Shown: in pieces, positions 27,682-37,670 of the stretch
Layout: every line of letters begins with the position of its first letter
Position numbering within the stretch: position 1 is the first letter of the stretch
Notes under the pieces: model-generated
The model's input: the letters and a program-made list of their open reading frames with translations, nothing else
What the model was told of the DNA's origin: nothing
The model's database searches: none
DNA from: Candidatus Nomurabacteria bacterium
GTDB taxonomy: Bacteria > Patescibacteriota > Minisyncoccia > Phycocordibacterales > UBA9973
Reading direction: 5' to 3'
NCBI GenBank assembly: GCA_026395955.1
Contig: JAPLXR010000006.1
Span: 87,259-151,258 of the forward strand
Length of the DNA: 64,000 nt
Made by a program: the position numbers and the translations under genes

Positions 27682-30150
27682 ATGGCTAAAAAATTACCAC
27701 CAATTGAAACACCTGTGCGCACAAATATGGACGATGGAATTATTCCGATAAATATCGTTTCAGAAATGAAAGAATCATATCTCGCTTATGCGATGTCTGT
27801 TATTACTTCTCGTGCTCTTCCTGATGTGCGTGATGGATTGAAACCAGTTCATCGTCGTATTTTATTCGCGATGAATGAAATGGGGCTTACTTCTTCTTCA
27901 CGTTTTCGTAAATCAGCTGCAGTAGTCGGAGATGTACTTGGAAAATATCATCCACATGGCGATGCTTCTGTTTATGATGCTATGGTAAACATGGCCCAAG
28001 ACTTTTCTTATCGTTACCCTTTGATTATTGGTCAAGGAAACTTTGGTTCTATCGATGGAGATAATGCTGCTGCAATGCGTTATACCGAAGCTAAAATGGC
28101 AAAAGTTTCAAATGAATTACTTCGTGATTTAGAAAAAGAAACAGTTGATTTTAGATCAAACTATGACCAGACTCGAAAAGAGCCTGTAGTTTTTCCTTCT
28201 GCTGTACCTAGTCTTTTATTGAATGGAACTCTTGGTATTGCTGTTGGTATGGCGACAAATATTCCTTCACACAATCTCGCTGAAGTTGTAGATGCAACAG
28301 TACACCTCATAGATAACGAAGACGCAACTACAGAAGACCTGATGCAATTTGTTAAGGGTCCAGATTTTCCGACTGGTGGTCTCGTATATGGTCAAAAAGA
28401 CATGTTGCATGCCTATTCCACAGGACGTGGGGGTGTAGTAACTCGTGGTGAAGCTGAAATAGTTGAACAAAAAGGCGGACAATTCCAAATCATAATTACT
28501 TCTATTCCATTTCGTGTAAACAAGGCAAATTTGATAATGTCTATAGCTGAACTTGTACAAGAAAAAAAGATAGAAGGTATAAAAGGTCTTCGTGATGAAT
28601 CTACAAAAGATATTCGTATTGTTATAGATTTGAAAGCTGGAGCATATCCAGAAAAAGTATTGAATTATATTTACAAAAATACTCAGCTCGAACAAAATTT
28701 TAATTTCAACATGGTAGCCCTCGTAGATGGTGTACCACAAACCTTATCATTAAAATCAATTCTTTCAGAATTTATTGGCCACAGAAAAGAAGTGGTAAAA
28801 AGACGTTCACTTTATGAACTTCGTAAAGCAGAAGAACGTGAACATATTTTACTTGGTTTGAAAAAAGCTCTCGATTTTATTGATAAAGTTATCAAAACTA
28901 TTCGTGCATCAAAAGATGGAGCTACAGCAAAGCTCGCATTGATGAAAGAATTCAAATTCTCTGATCTTCAGGCTCAAGCTATTTTGGATATGAAATTGCA
29001 AAAGCTTGCAGGCCTCGAAAGAAAACTCATCGAAGAAGAACTGAAAGAGAAACAAGCTTTCATAAAAGCTATAAAAGAATTGCTCGCAAGTCCAAAGAAA
29101 ATGTTGAAAGTTGTTTCTGATGAACTCAAAGAAATTCGTGAGAAATATGCTGATGATCGTAGAACAAAAATAATAAAAGGTGGAGTGAAAGAAATTTCAG
29201 AAGATGATCTCGTTCCAGAAAAAGATACAATGCTCGTCTTTACTGCTGGCGGTTATGTAAAGCGTACTGACCCATCTGAATATCATTCACAAAAGCGTGG
29301 AGGTGTCGGTGTTGTAGACCTCGAAACAAAAGAAGAAGATTTCGTAACTATGCTTGTTTCGGGTTCTACACATAGTGATCTATTATTCTTCACAAATCTC
29401 GGAAAAGCATATCAAATAAAAATGTACGACATACCAGAAGGTCGCCGTGCTACAAAAGGAAAATCAATTATGAATTTCTTGTCTTTGGCAGGTGATGAAA
29501 AAGTAATGGCTATTTTACCAATGCCAAAAGAACTAAAGAAAAATCCTATTTCACTTATGCTTGTAACAAAAGTTGGTACTGCAAAGAAAATGGCTGGGGA
29601 AGCGTTCAAGGATGTTCGCCGTAGTGGACTTATTGCTATCAAACTCGACAAGGGCGATGAACTCGCTTCAGCACTTATTACAGAAAAGGGTGATGAAGTA
29701 ATGCTCGCAACTTCTGAAGGTCAATCAATCAGATTCAAAGAATCAGACATACGTGAAATGGGACGTACAGCAGGAGGTGTACGCGGAATGAAGCTCGATA
29801 AAGGGGATAGTATCATCGGTGTAGATGTTATAAAGAAAGAAAATAAAGACGGTTCATTCCTAGTAATGTCTGCAAATGGACTTGGCAAGAAAACATCACT
29901 CAAAGAATATAAAGTACAAAACCGTGGAGGATCTGGAATCAAAACTGCAAAAGTAACTCCAAAGACAGGTAAACTAATCGTTGCAAAAGTTATCACAGGT
30001 AATGAAGAAGAACTGATCGCTATGTCTAAAAAGGGACAAGTAATTCGTACAGCGCTAAAAGATATTCCATCTCTAGGCCGTCAAACACAAGGCGTAACAA
30101 TCATGCGTCTCCGTGCTGGAGATGGTATCGCATCTCTAACTTGTGCTTAA
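27682..30150 (+). CDS. gyrA: DNA gyrase subunit A
   Basis: [25 protein letters not shown] and [14 protein letters not shown] (QRDR region), a C-terminal beta-pinwheel, and a GyrA-box-like QNRGGSG. 822 aa. Confidence 0.9.
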   Translation: MAKKLPPIETPVRTNMDDGIIPINIVSEMKESYLAYAMSVITSRALPDVRDGLKPVHRRILFAMNEMGLTSSSRFRKSAAVVGDVLGKYHPHGDASVYDAMVNMAQDFSYRYPLIIGQGNFGSIDGDNAAAMRYTEAKMAKVSNELLRDLEKETVDFRSNYDQTRKEPVVFPSAVPSLLLNGTLGIAVGMATNIPSHNLAEVVDATVHLIDNEDATTEDLMQFVKGPDFPTGGLVYGQKDMLHAYSTGRGGVVTRGEAEIVEQKGGQFQIIITSIPFRVNKANLIMSIAELVQEKKIEGIKGLRDESTKDIRIVIDLKAGAYPEKVLNYIYKNTQLEQNFNFNMVALVDGVPQTLSLKSILSEFIGHRKEVVKRRSLYELRKAEEREHILLGLKKALDFIDKVIKTIRASKDGATAKLALMKEFKFSDLQAQAILDMKLQKLAGLERKLIEEELKEKQAFIKAIKELLASPKKMLKVVSDELKEIREKYADDRRTKIIKGGVKEISEDDLVPEKDTMLVFTAGGYVKRTDPSEYHSQKRGGVGVVDLETKEEDFVTMLVSGSTHSDLLFFTNLGKAYQIKMYDIPEGRRATKGKSIMNFLSLAGDEKVMAILPMPKELKKNPISLMLVTKVGTAKKMAGEAFKDVRRSGLIAIKLDKGDELASALITEKGDEVMLATSEGQSIRFKESDIREMGRTAGGVRGMKLDKGDSIIGVDVIKKENKDGSFLVMSANGLGKKTSLKEYKVQNRGGSGIKTAKVTPKTGKLIVAKVITGNEEELIAMSKKGQVIRTALKDIPSLGRQTQGVTIMRLRAGDGIASLTCA

Positions 30151-30157
30151 TTTTTAA

Positions 30158-30643
30158 ATGCTTGAACAAGAATTTAAAAAATTAATAAAAGAAGATAAAT
30201 ATCAGGTTTTTGTTTTTGAATCAAAAGCACATTTTCCATTTTTCTTCGCAGCACATCCATGGTTTGTAATAAATAAAAAGGAAAACATTTCTCGTTATGA
30301 AGTTGTTTTTAAAAAAGATTGTTGTCCGAAAAAGAGTTTCGGTCATGTTCATGTCGACGCGTTACCACCACACAAAGGTATCAGAATTTTCCCTACTTCA
30401 TTTAAAAATTTATTTTGGAAATCAAGACTCATTGGATTTTTAGAAGGTGGTGCAAATTCTTCTGCAGAGAAGGCTGTTTATTTTATTGAAAATTCTAAAT
30501 ATACATATCCACATTTGAATAAATATGTTTTAACTGGTCCAAATAGTAATACATATTTACAATGGGTTTTGGATGCTTTTCCAGAATTAAATATAAAACT
30601 TAGTTATAGGTTTATTGGAAAAGGGTATAAAACTATTCTTTAA
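30158..30643 (+). CDS. hypothetical protein (161 aa)
   Basis: ORF; family not recognised. Confidence 0.35.
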   Translation: MLEQEFKKLIKEDKYQVFVFESKAHFPFFFAAHPWFVINKKENISRYEVVFKKDCCPKKSFGHVHVDALPPHKGIRIFPTSFKNLFWKSRLIGFLEGGANSSAEKAVYFIENSKYTYPHLNKYVLTGPNSNTYLQWVLDAFPELNIKLSYRFIGKGYKTIL

Positions 30644-30667
30644 GATATAAAATGATATACTATATAT

Positions 30668-31192
30668 ATGTTTGTTGATCCAGTGAAAATTTTACAAAGT
30701 TTTGGTTTAGGAGACAGTATGATCGTCGCTGACCTCGGAGCAGGTTCAGGTTTTTATTCTATTGCTGCTGCAAAAATGGTTCCAAATGGAAAAGTCTATG
30801 TAGTAGAAGTTCAAAAAGATTATTTAACAACAGTAAAGACAAAAGCAGAGACAGACCATTTAAAAAACTTAGAATATTTTTGGGGTGATATTGAAAAAAT
30901 AGGTGGAACAAAAATAGGGGACAGAATTACTGACGTCGTGATAATTTCAAATGTTTTATTTATGGCTGAAAACAAGAAGAAATTATTAGAAGAAGCAAAA
31001 AGAATTTTGAAATATGAAGGTAGAGTTTTATTTATAGATTGGTCTGACACTTCTTCAGCTCTCGGACCACGTGCAGGTTCTGTTATTAATCCAGTTCAAG
31101 CAAAAGAGATGTTTACTACTGCTGGTTTTACTTATGAAAAAGACATACCTGCAGGTGAACACCATTATGGTATAATATTTAGAAAGAAATAA
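30668..31192 (+). CDS. class I SAM-dependent methyltransferase
   Basis: Motif I VADLGAGSGFYS and the downstream D/E acidic loop. 174 aa. Confidence 0.65.
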   Translation: MFVDPVKILQSFGLGDSMIVADLGAGSGFYSIAAAKMVPNGKVYVVEVQKDYLTTVKTKAETDHLKNLEYFWGDIEKIGGTKIGDRITDVVIISNVLFMAENKKKLLEEAKRILKYEGRVLFIDWSDTSSALGPRAGSVINPVQAKEMFTTAGFTYEKDIPAGEHHYGIIFRKK

Positions 31193-31193
31193 A

Positions 31194-32486
31194 ATGAAAG
31201 GAAATAATTTTCAACTTATAATTCTCGTCGTGTTTATAGTAGCAGGGTTATTTGGTATTTTAGTTTTTGCTGGACTCATTCCAATAGGTCAGCCAGTTAA
31301 AACAGGACCTGTTGGTGTCGTTACTCTTTGGGGTACAGAAAAAACATCTTCTATTGGTAAGGCAATAACTATTTTTAATAATGCAAATTCAAATGTTTCT
31401 TTAAAATACGTACAAAAAAATCCAGCAACTTTTGATCAAGATTTACTCGAAGCATTAGCTACTGGAAGTGGTCCAGATTTATTTATTTTGTCAGATGATT
31501 TAATCATTCATTATAAAAATAAAATCTCAATTTTTCCGTACCCTTCATATCCTTTAGCTAATTTTAAAAATACTTTTTCTAGTGCTGGAGAAGTATATCT
31601 GACTCCAGATGGTGTTTTAGCTTTACCGATATCAGTGGATCCTTTAATAATGTATTACAATAGAGCTGTCTTGGATGCTAATAATATTGCTACTCCTCCA
31701 TCTTATTGGGATGATTTACAAAATATTGTTCCAAGTCTTACTAAAAAAGATTCATCAGGCAAATTAATAAGTAGTGCTGTTGCGTTGGGTCAATTTAGTA
31801 ATATTAATAATGCTAAAGACATTATCGCTACTCTTTTTATGCAGGCCGGTAGTTCTATCGCTGAAAATAAGGGCGGAGTTTTTTATTCAACCTTAGATAA
31901 GGTTGATAATAAAATAGACCCAGGATCGATTTTAAGTTTTTATACGCAGTTTACTGATCCATTAAATCAATTTTATTCATGGAATAGATCTTTACAAAAT
32001 TCTAGAGACGCTTTTTCTTCTCAAGCTCTAGATTTCTATTTCGGTTATGCTAGTGAATTACCTTATTTGACTAGTAAAAATCCAAATCTAAATTTTTATG
32101 TTGCTCCTATTCCACAAATAAAAAATTCTAATTTCAAAGTTACTTTTGGTAGAACTCAAGGTATAGCAGTATCATCAGCTTCAAAAAATAAAAATTCAGC
32201 TTTTATGGTTGCTTCACTTTTAGCTTCTGGTGATTTTGCTCAACAATTTTCTGATGCACTCTTAGTTGCTCCTGCGAGGCGTGATTTATTAGCAAAAAAA
32301 CCTACAGATGCTTATAATCCTATATTCTATAGTTCTGCTTTGTATTCAAAGAGTTGGCCAGATCCATCTTCAGAAAAAACAGATGCTATTTTTAGTGGAA
32401 TGATAGACAATGCTTTATCAAATAATTTAACTCCAAAAGGAGCTGTTTTAGATGCTTCATCTAAATTAGACTTTATTTTAAAATAA
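31194..32486 (+). CDS. membrane-anchored extracellular solute-binding-protein-like protein
   Basis: N-terminal TM anchor followed by an SBP family-1-like pattern (TLWGTEK...GSGPDLFI...). Sits directly upstream of the pilin-like cluster. Confidence 0.4.
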   Translation: MKGNNFQLIILVVFIVAGLFGILVFAGLIPIGQPVKTGPVGVVTLWGTEKTSSIGKAITIFNNANSNVSLKYVQKNPATFDQDLLEALATGSGPDLFILSDDLIIHYKNKISIFPYPSYPLANFKNTFSSAGEVYLTPDGVLALPISVDPLIMYYNRAVLDANNIATPPSYWDDLQNIVPSLTKKDSSGKLISSAVALGQFSNINNAKDIIATLFMQAGSSIAENKGGVFYSTLDKVDNKIDPGSILSFYTQFTDPLNQFYSWNRSLQNSRDAFSSQALDFYFGYASELPYLTSKNPNLNFYVAPIPQIKNSNFKVTFGRTQGIAVSSASKNKNSAFMVASLLASGDFAQQFSDALLVAPARRDLLAKKPTDAYNPIFYSSALYSKSWPDPSSEKTDAIFSGMIDNALSNNLTPKGAVLDASSKLDFILK

Positions 32487-32492
32487 AAATTT

Positions 32493-34088
32493 ATGAAAAT
32501 ATTTAAACAAAACTTTTTAATGAAAATAGCTCTAGTAGTATTTTTGTTTTTGATATCTTTTGGATTTTCAAAAAATGTTTTTGCTGCTACATTAGTAGCT
32601 ACTAATATAACACCAACCTCTGTTGCTGTTGGCGGTGGAGGATTTACTCCTGGTGTTTCTTATCAGATTACTATATCTGATACATTAGGTATAGTTAATC
32701 ATACATTCGTTACTGCTTGTTCAACTCTTTCTACTTCCTGTACTACCTTGGGTACTTTTGGGGTTAGTTTTACTAACTTGACTCAACATCATAATTATGA
32801 TTTAATGGCAACTCTTCAGTCAAATGGAACTCCCGTTGGAAGTCTTATTAGTTTTACTACAGCGACAGCTCCAACAACTGTAACCCTAACAGCAACACCT
32901 TCGACTCTTGCATCAGGACAATCAACAACATTATCTTGGACAGCGACAAATGTTACCGGTAGTTGTATCGCTGCTAGTAATCCAAATATTATAGCTGTGT
33001 GGGATAATCCACATAAAGCACTTTCCGGGACACAATTAGTTTCAGTTGTAGCTTCTAATAATTTTTCTCTTTCTTGTACTGATGCGTCAGGTAATTTTGC
33101 AGGACAAGCAAATGCTTTTGTTACTGTAACAGGAGCAGGTTCTGGTGCTACTGCTGCTCCTATTGGTACACCTCCACCTGGTACTTTTCCATCAACTACG
33201 CCTGTAACACTTTCTAGCTCTACTAGTGGTGCAACAATTAGATATGTTATAGATGCTTCTACTCCTACATGTACCTTAGGTTCTACTACGAATCCTATGA
33301 GTGTTAGTACTACAACAACAATAAAAGCTATTGCTTGCGATCCCCATGGAGTTGCTTCTACTATTTCTTCTTTAACTTATACAATTAATTCCTCTAGTGG
33401 GGGAACACCACCACCTCCTACTGGTGGTCCTACTACAAATGGATCTATGGTAGCTAATGATCCTACTTCAACTATGGTTACATTAGATGCGACAGGTCTT
33501 TCTAATACAGGAAGCTATCTTTTTGCTGTTTACAATAATACTGGAACACCATCATATTATCAAACGAGAATTCCTGCAACAACAGATGGAACTGACGGAG
33601 AATCACCCTTCCCAGGTTTATCTCCTAGTGGTTCATATACTGCTTATTTAATAGATCAAAATACCTCTAATAATGCTGTTCCTTCTATTACATTTTCAAC
33701 TTTAGCTACAGACCCCCTTATAATAGGTGCTGGATCCGGTAGTGGTGTAGCTTCTACTACACCTGCGTCAAATCTATCAAACCCAGCTGGTGGTTTAGTT
33801 CCAGCATGTACTAATGCAAGAGGTTGTCAGTGGGCAGATTTAATGTCTTTGGTAAATAAAGTTGTTAAATTTATTCTTTTTGATCTAGGAATTCCTATAG
33901 CAGCTATTATGTTTATGTATGCTGGTTTTTTGCTTGTTACATCTGGTGGAAATCCTGGAGATCTTACAAAAGCAAAAGGTATATTTACTTCTGTTCTGAT
34001 AGGTCTTGTTATTTCAGCTGCCGCTTGGCTTATTATAAATATAATACTGACTACTTTAGGTTTTGTTGGTGATAGACTTGGGTTTTAA
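32493..34088 (+). CDS. large Thr/Ser/Pro-rich secreted surface protein with a C-terminal two-helix pilin-like module (CTNARGC...IGIPIAAIMFMYAGFLLV...AKGIFTSVLIGLVISAAAWLIINIIL)
   Basis: Signal peptide, long low-complexity T/S/P/G region, and the last ~90 aa paralogous to the five downstream small proteins, closest to 34112-34480. Confidence 0.55.
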   Translation: MKIFKQNFLMKIALVVFLFLISFGFSKNVFAATLVATNITPTSVAVGGGGFTPGVSYQITISDTLGIVNHTFVTACSTLSTSCTTLGTFGVSFTNLTQHHNYDLMATLQSNGTPVGSLISFTTATAPTTVTLTATPSTLASGQSTTLSWTATNVTGSCIAASNPNIIAVWDNPHKALSGTQLVSVVASNNFSLSCTDASGNFAGQANAFVTVTGAGSGATAAPIGTPPPGTFPSTTPVTLSSSTSGATIRYVIDASTPTCTLGSTTNPMSVSTTTTIKAIACDPHGVASTISSLTYTINSSSGGTPPPPTGGPTTNGSMVANDPTSTMVTLDATGLSNTGSYLFAVYNNTGTPSYYQTRIPATTDGTDGESPFPGLSPSGSYTAYLIDQNTSNNAVPSITFSTLATDPLIIGAGSGSGVASTTPASNLSNPAGGLVPACTNARGCQWADLMSLVNKVVKFILFDLGIPIAAIMFMYAGFLLVTSGGNPGDLTKAKGIFTSVLIGLVISAAAWLIINIILTTLGFVGDRLGF

Positions 34089-34111
34089 TTGACCTGTGAT
34101 ATAATTACTTT

Positions 34112-34480
34112 ATGAAAATAAATAATCTTTTTCAAAGAAATATATATAAGATATCTTTAGCTACTTATGTTTTGTTGTATCCAACTATTTCTTTTGCTGT
34201 TACTTATACTTGTAATCCTGGTGAAATTTGTAACCCTATCAGTGCTAGTACTCTAAATGAATTTATAAAAGCAATATTAGAAGGTGCTATAAAGATAGGT
34301 ATACCTATAATTGCCTTGGCAATTATTTATAGTGGTTTTCTTTTCGTAAAAGCACAAGGTAATGAAAAAGAACTTGAAACAGCTAAAAAGGCGATATTAT
34401 ATACATTGATCGGTGCAGCATTATTATTGGGTGCTTGGGCTTTAGCACAGCTTGTATCAGAGACAGTTTTAGCTTTATAA
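34112..34480 (+). CDS. VirB2/TrbC-like putative pilin (signal peptide, CxxxxxC loop, two hydrophobic helices separated by a K/E-rich loop), paralog 1
   Basis: CNPGEIC...IKIGIPIIALAIIYSGFLFVKAQGNEKELETAKKAILYTLIGAALLLGAWALAQLV. Confidence 0.5.
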   Translation: MKINNLFQRNIYKISLATYVLLYPTISFAVTYTCNPGEICNPISASTLNEFIKAILEGAIKIGIPIIALAIIYSGFLFVKAQGNEKELETAKKAILYTLIGAALLLGAWALAQLVSETVLAL

Positions 34481-34484
34481 TAAA

Positions 34485-34814
34485 ATGAACAAAAATTTAA
34501 AAAATTTATTTGCAGCTTGTGTACTTACACCACCTAATACTTTTAAAAGTTTTGTAGAATTTATTTCTTGTAATATAAATAAATCTATAATTCCTTTTAT
34601 TATGGCTTTATCTTTTGCTGTATTTTTTTGGGGAATTGTTCAGTACTTATTGGGAGCAAACGAAGAAACAAAAAGAACTAAAGGGCGAGAGTTCATGATT
34701 TGGGGTATTGTTGGTTTGGCTGTTATGATATCTATCTGGGGTTTTGTGGCTGTTTTAGGAAACACTTTCGGTGTTCAGAATGTTATTCCTCAAGTTCAAA
34801 ATACTTCAATATAA
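34485..34814 (+). CDS. VirB2/TrbC-like putative pilin, paralog 2
   Basis: C...C pair, then IIPFIMALSFAVFFWGIVQYLLGANEETKRTKGREFMIWGIVGLAVMISIWGFVAVL. Confidence 0.45.
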   Translation: MNKNLKNLFAACVLTPPNTFKSFVEFISCNINKSIIPFIMALSFAVFFWGIVQYLLGANEETKRTKGREFMIWGIVGLAVMISIWGFVAVLGNTFGVQNVIPQVQNTSI

Positions 34815-34815
34815 T

Positions 34816-35148
34816 ATGAAAAATTTTAATTATAAAAATTTACTTGCTGTATGTCCGTTAGCTTCAAGTCCAAAAATAGGTGATATTTTTGACTTTAGTA
34901 CCTGTTTGATTTCTAGAGGCATTTTCCCTATATTGTTTGCTTCAGCTCTCGCTGTATTTACTTGGGGTGCTGTTCAATATGCATTAAATGCTCAAGACGA
35001 AAAGAAAAGAGAAGAAGGTAGAAAGTTTATAGTTTGGGGATTAATAGCTTTTACGGTCATGATTTCTGTTTTAGGGTTAATAACCATAATAACCAATAGT
35101 TTTAGTATAGGGCACGCTAATCCCACTATTCAGTCTGTTACCCAGTAG
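34816..35148 (+). CDS. VirB2/TrbC-like putative pilin, paralog 3 (start at MKNFNYK; the track ORF's upstream extension overlaps the previous gene)
   Basis: CPLAS...STC pair, then FPILFASALAVFTWGAVQYALNAQDEKKREEGRKFIVWGLIAFTVMISVLGLITII. Confidence 0.5.
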   Translation: MKNFNYKNLLAVCPLASSPKIGDIFDFSTCLISRGIFPILFASALAVFTWGAVQYALNAQDEKKREEGRKFIVWGLIAFTVMISVLGLITIITNSFSIGHANPTIQSVTQ

Positions 35149-35263
35149 CATTTGTTTTTCTATTTATGGTATAATTAAAGTAACCTAATCATTTAGGATA
35201 TTATTATTAAGAAGGTCGTTTTGTTTATTAATTATTATTAACTCGATTAATCGAGAAAAAAAT

Positions 35264-35665
35264 ATGAAGAAAAAATTAATTAGTTCAGCTAGTTTGGTCG
35301 CATTGTCAGCATTAGTTCCTTTTATTGCTTCTGCTGCTCAAAATTGTCTTGTACCTACAGGTGGCACAGATATCCCTTACATGATTTGTAGGGTAAGTAA
35401 TATTATCAACTCACTCGTGCCTCTATTTATCGCATTAGGAGTTGTTTACTTTATTTGGGGTGTTATTTCTTATGCTATTTCAAAAGAAGAAGAAGCAAAG
35501 AAAGAAGGAAAGGCAAGAATCATTTATGGTCTTATCGCCCTCCTAGTTATCGTTTCTATCTGGGGACTTGTTTCTATTCTACAAAGTTCATTCGGAATAA
35601 GTTCTGCTGGTAATACTGACACAGTATTCGTTCCTTGTATTAACTCAGATGGTACAGTTTGTTAA
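35264..35665 (+). CDS. VirB2/TrbC-like putative pilin, paralog 4
   Basis: Clear signal peptide (ASAAQNC), C...C pair, LVPLFIALGVVYFIWGVISYAISKEEEAKKEGKARIIYGLIALLVIVSIWGLVSIL; extra C-terminal Cys pair. Confidence 0.5.
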   Translation: MKKKLISSASLVALSALVPFIASAAQNCLVPTGGTDIPYMICRVSNIINSLVPLFIALGVVYFIWGVISYAISKEEEAKKEGKARIIYGLIALLVIVSIWGLVSILQSSFGISSAGNTDTVFVPCINSDGTVC

Positions 35666-35684
35666 TTTTAGTTAATACTTTATT

Positions 35685-36038
35685 ATGTCTTTAATTAATG
35701 TAGCTTATGCTGGTGAAAGTTTAGATCAATTCATAAAGAATGTTGATAAACTTATCATTAATCCATTAATAATATTACTTTTTGGCCTAGCTACAGCTTA
35801 TTTCTTTTGGGGAGTATTTAAACTTATTTCAAATACCGACAATGAAAAAGCTCGTAGTGATGGTAAAAAACATATGTTATTTGGGATTGTTGGTATCACC
35901 ATTATGTTGGCGGTGTGGACTATTTTAGGAATTATTACTAATACCTTAAATATAAGTAGTGGTGAAATAAATCCACAACAGGGTACAGTACATCTAAATG
36001 ATTATACTCCTTCTACACCATCCGGATTTCTGCATTAA
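35685..36038 (+). CDS. VirB2/TrbC-like putative pilin, paralog 5 (no Cys pair)
   Basis: LIILLFGLATAYFFWGVFKLISNTDNEKARSDGKKHMLFGIVGITIMLAVWTILGII. Confidence 0.45.
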   Translation: MSLINVAYAGESLDQFIKNVDKLIINPLIILLFGLATAYFFWGVFKLISNTDNEKARSDGKKHMLFGIVGITIMLAVWTILGIITNTLNISSGEINPQQGTVHLNDYTPSTPSGFLH

Positions 36039-36063
36039 GATATTTAATTAAAATTACATAAAT

Positions 36064-36106
36064 TAAAAAAACTCCTTCGCATTTTGCGAGGGAGTTTTTG
36101 TTTTTT
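36064..36106. terminator. bidirectional rho-independent terminator closing the pilin-like array (+) and the 131-aa gene (-)
   Basis: actccttcgc-atttt-gcgagggagt flanked by an A-run and T-runs. Confidence 0.75.
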
Positions 36107-36135
36107 AACTGTGGTTTGGCTAGAACCTTATTTGC

Positions 36136-36531
36136 CTAGTCGATTGTATCGACTTTGTGTCCACCTCTAGATACGAATGTATATGTATCTGTAGGTTGAT
36201 AACCAGCATGTACTACTTTATTTGGTCCATCGTGAGATATGCAAACTCCACTTGAGTTGTATATATCATAATCTCCATCGATAGGGTAAGCAGTCCAACC
36301 TTCTTTTAAGAAGATCTGTGTTCCAGAAGATGTTATTGTCCAACTTCTTCTTTGTTTGCCGATATTTACTACTGTCTGTTGTGCAACGTTACTCGATGTT
36401 TGAGTATTGTTGTTTTGTGTACTGTTTGATTGTTGATTGGAAGTACTCTCAGAACCTGAGAAGTACAACCAACCAAATAGAGCTACTGCTATTACTATAA
36501 CAATAGTACCAATTACCTGTTTTGCATCCAT
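36136..36531 (-). CDS. small membrane-anchored extracellular protein (131 aa)
   Basis: N-terminal TM anchor, S/T/N/Q-rich linker, small globular C-terminal domain. Confidence 0.4.
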   Translation of the reverse strand: MDAKQVIGTIVIVIAVALFGWLYFSGSESTSNQQSNSTQNNNTQTSSNVAQQTVVNIGKQRRSWTITSSGTQIFLKEGWTAYPIDGDYDIYNSSGVCISHDGPNKVVHAGYQPTDTYTFVSRGGHKVDTID

Positions 36532-36557
36532 TTAAATAAGTTTTTAAGTTTATATTT

Positions 36558-37517
36558 TTACTTTTTTCCAGCTCCTGCACCAAAACTACCTCCTGTGCCA
36601 ATAAATGTATGCATTCCTTCTGGTGCACCTGTAAATTTAAAATTAGAAGTCTGTTCATTTTCAGTGTACTCCTGATTTGGATCTTGAAGTTTTGCAACTT
36701 TAGTCGCTTCTTCAATGGACATACCAGTTTTTTTCATGATTATTTTAACTGCTTCTGCAAAGGCTTCTGCTCTTGTTTTTGGTAACTTAATTTTCTTTGA
36801 TTCTGAACTCAAGCTACTGTCTTTAAGAGTAAACTTTATTCCAACTCCATTTGCTTCTTGGAATTCGTTTAAAATTTTTAAACCAGTACTATTTGGTCCA
36901 AAGAAAACTCCTTTAATAACAGCTTCTTCGTCTACCAAATGTGATGATGGATGTTTACTGTAATATGTAGAAAATACACCTTCTATCATATCAGAAAATA
37001 ATTCAACCATTTTTTCTTGGCTTTCAAATTTTTTAGATTTGATTACATTTTCAGTTACTTCATCTGCTGTGCCTTCTGTATCTATCCACATTGTTCCTGA
37101 AAATTGTGCATTCATTTCAATATTACTATCATTAGTTGTTAGTGGAATGTTTGCACTTAAAGGCATTACAGTTTTTAAGCTGTCAAAAATTTTTTGACTC
37201 TTTGAAGTTTCTACTGTTTCGATACCGAGAAAATGAAATCCAGCGAAAAGTACGCGTCTTCTTTTTGTGAATGTATTGAATGTAACTGTGTACTTCCAGT
37301 CTTTAACAGTTTCTGCAAGTACTCCAGTAAATATCAATACTCCATAAGCAACCCCAGTTATTCCAAACAAAACAAGCTTAACTTTTAACAGGATAATAAG
37401 TAAAACCCAGATGATAACATGTAATGCTATTACGCTTAATGGGGTAATTGTTTTTGGGACATCAGTTGTCCTTTTTTTGTTAGAGACAGTAGTCCCCAAA
37501 ATTTCTAATTGTGCCAT
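36558..37517 (-). CDS. hypothetical membrane protein (319 aa, 2-3 TM N-terminal, soluble C-terminal domain)
   Basis: ORF with a hydrophobic N-terminus. Confidence 0.4.
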   Translation of the reverse strand: MAQLEILGTTVSNKKRTTDVPKTITPLSVIALHVIIWVLLIILLKVKLVLFGITGVAYGVLIFTGVLAETVKDWKYTVTFNTFTKRRRVLFAGFHFLGIETVETSKSQKIFDSLKTVMPLSANIPLTTNDSNIEMNAQFSGTMWIDTEGTADEVTENVIKSKKFESQEKMVELFSDMIEGVFSTYYSKHPSSHLVDEEAVIKGVFFGPNSTGLKILNEFQEANGVGIKFTLKDSSLSSESKKIKLPKTRAEAFAEAVKIIMKKTGMSIEEATKVAKLQDPNQEYTENEQTSNFKFTGAPEGMHTFIGTGGSFGAGAGKK

Positions 37518-37619
37518 TTTTTTTATGAATTAAATTGTTTTTAATTATTTTTTAAAATACATTTCTATACTTATAGTATATCATATGCAACATAAAAAGT
37601 CAAGCCATTTAAACCAAAA

Positions 37620-37670
37620 CCCCCTCTCCTTAATAAGGAGAGGGGGCAAGGGGGTGAGGTGGTTTTTTTA
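37620..37670. repeat. GC-rich hairpin repeat copy E (CCCCCTCTCC-ttaataa-GGAGAGGGGG-CAA-GGGGGTGAGG) followed by a T-run; doubles as a terminator for the minus-strand gene ending at 37668
   Basis: Perfect 10-bp stem; same arm and flank sequence as copy B; A/T runs on both sides. Confidence 0.7.
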
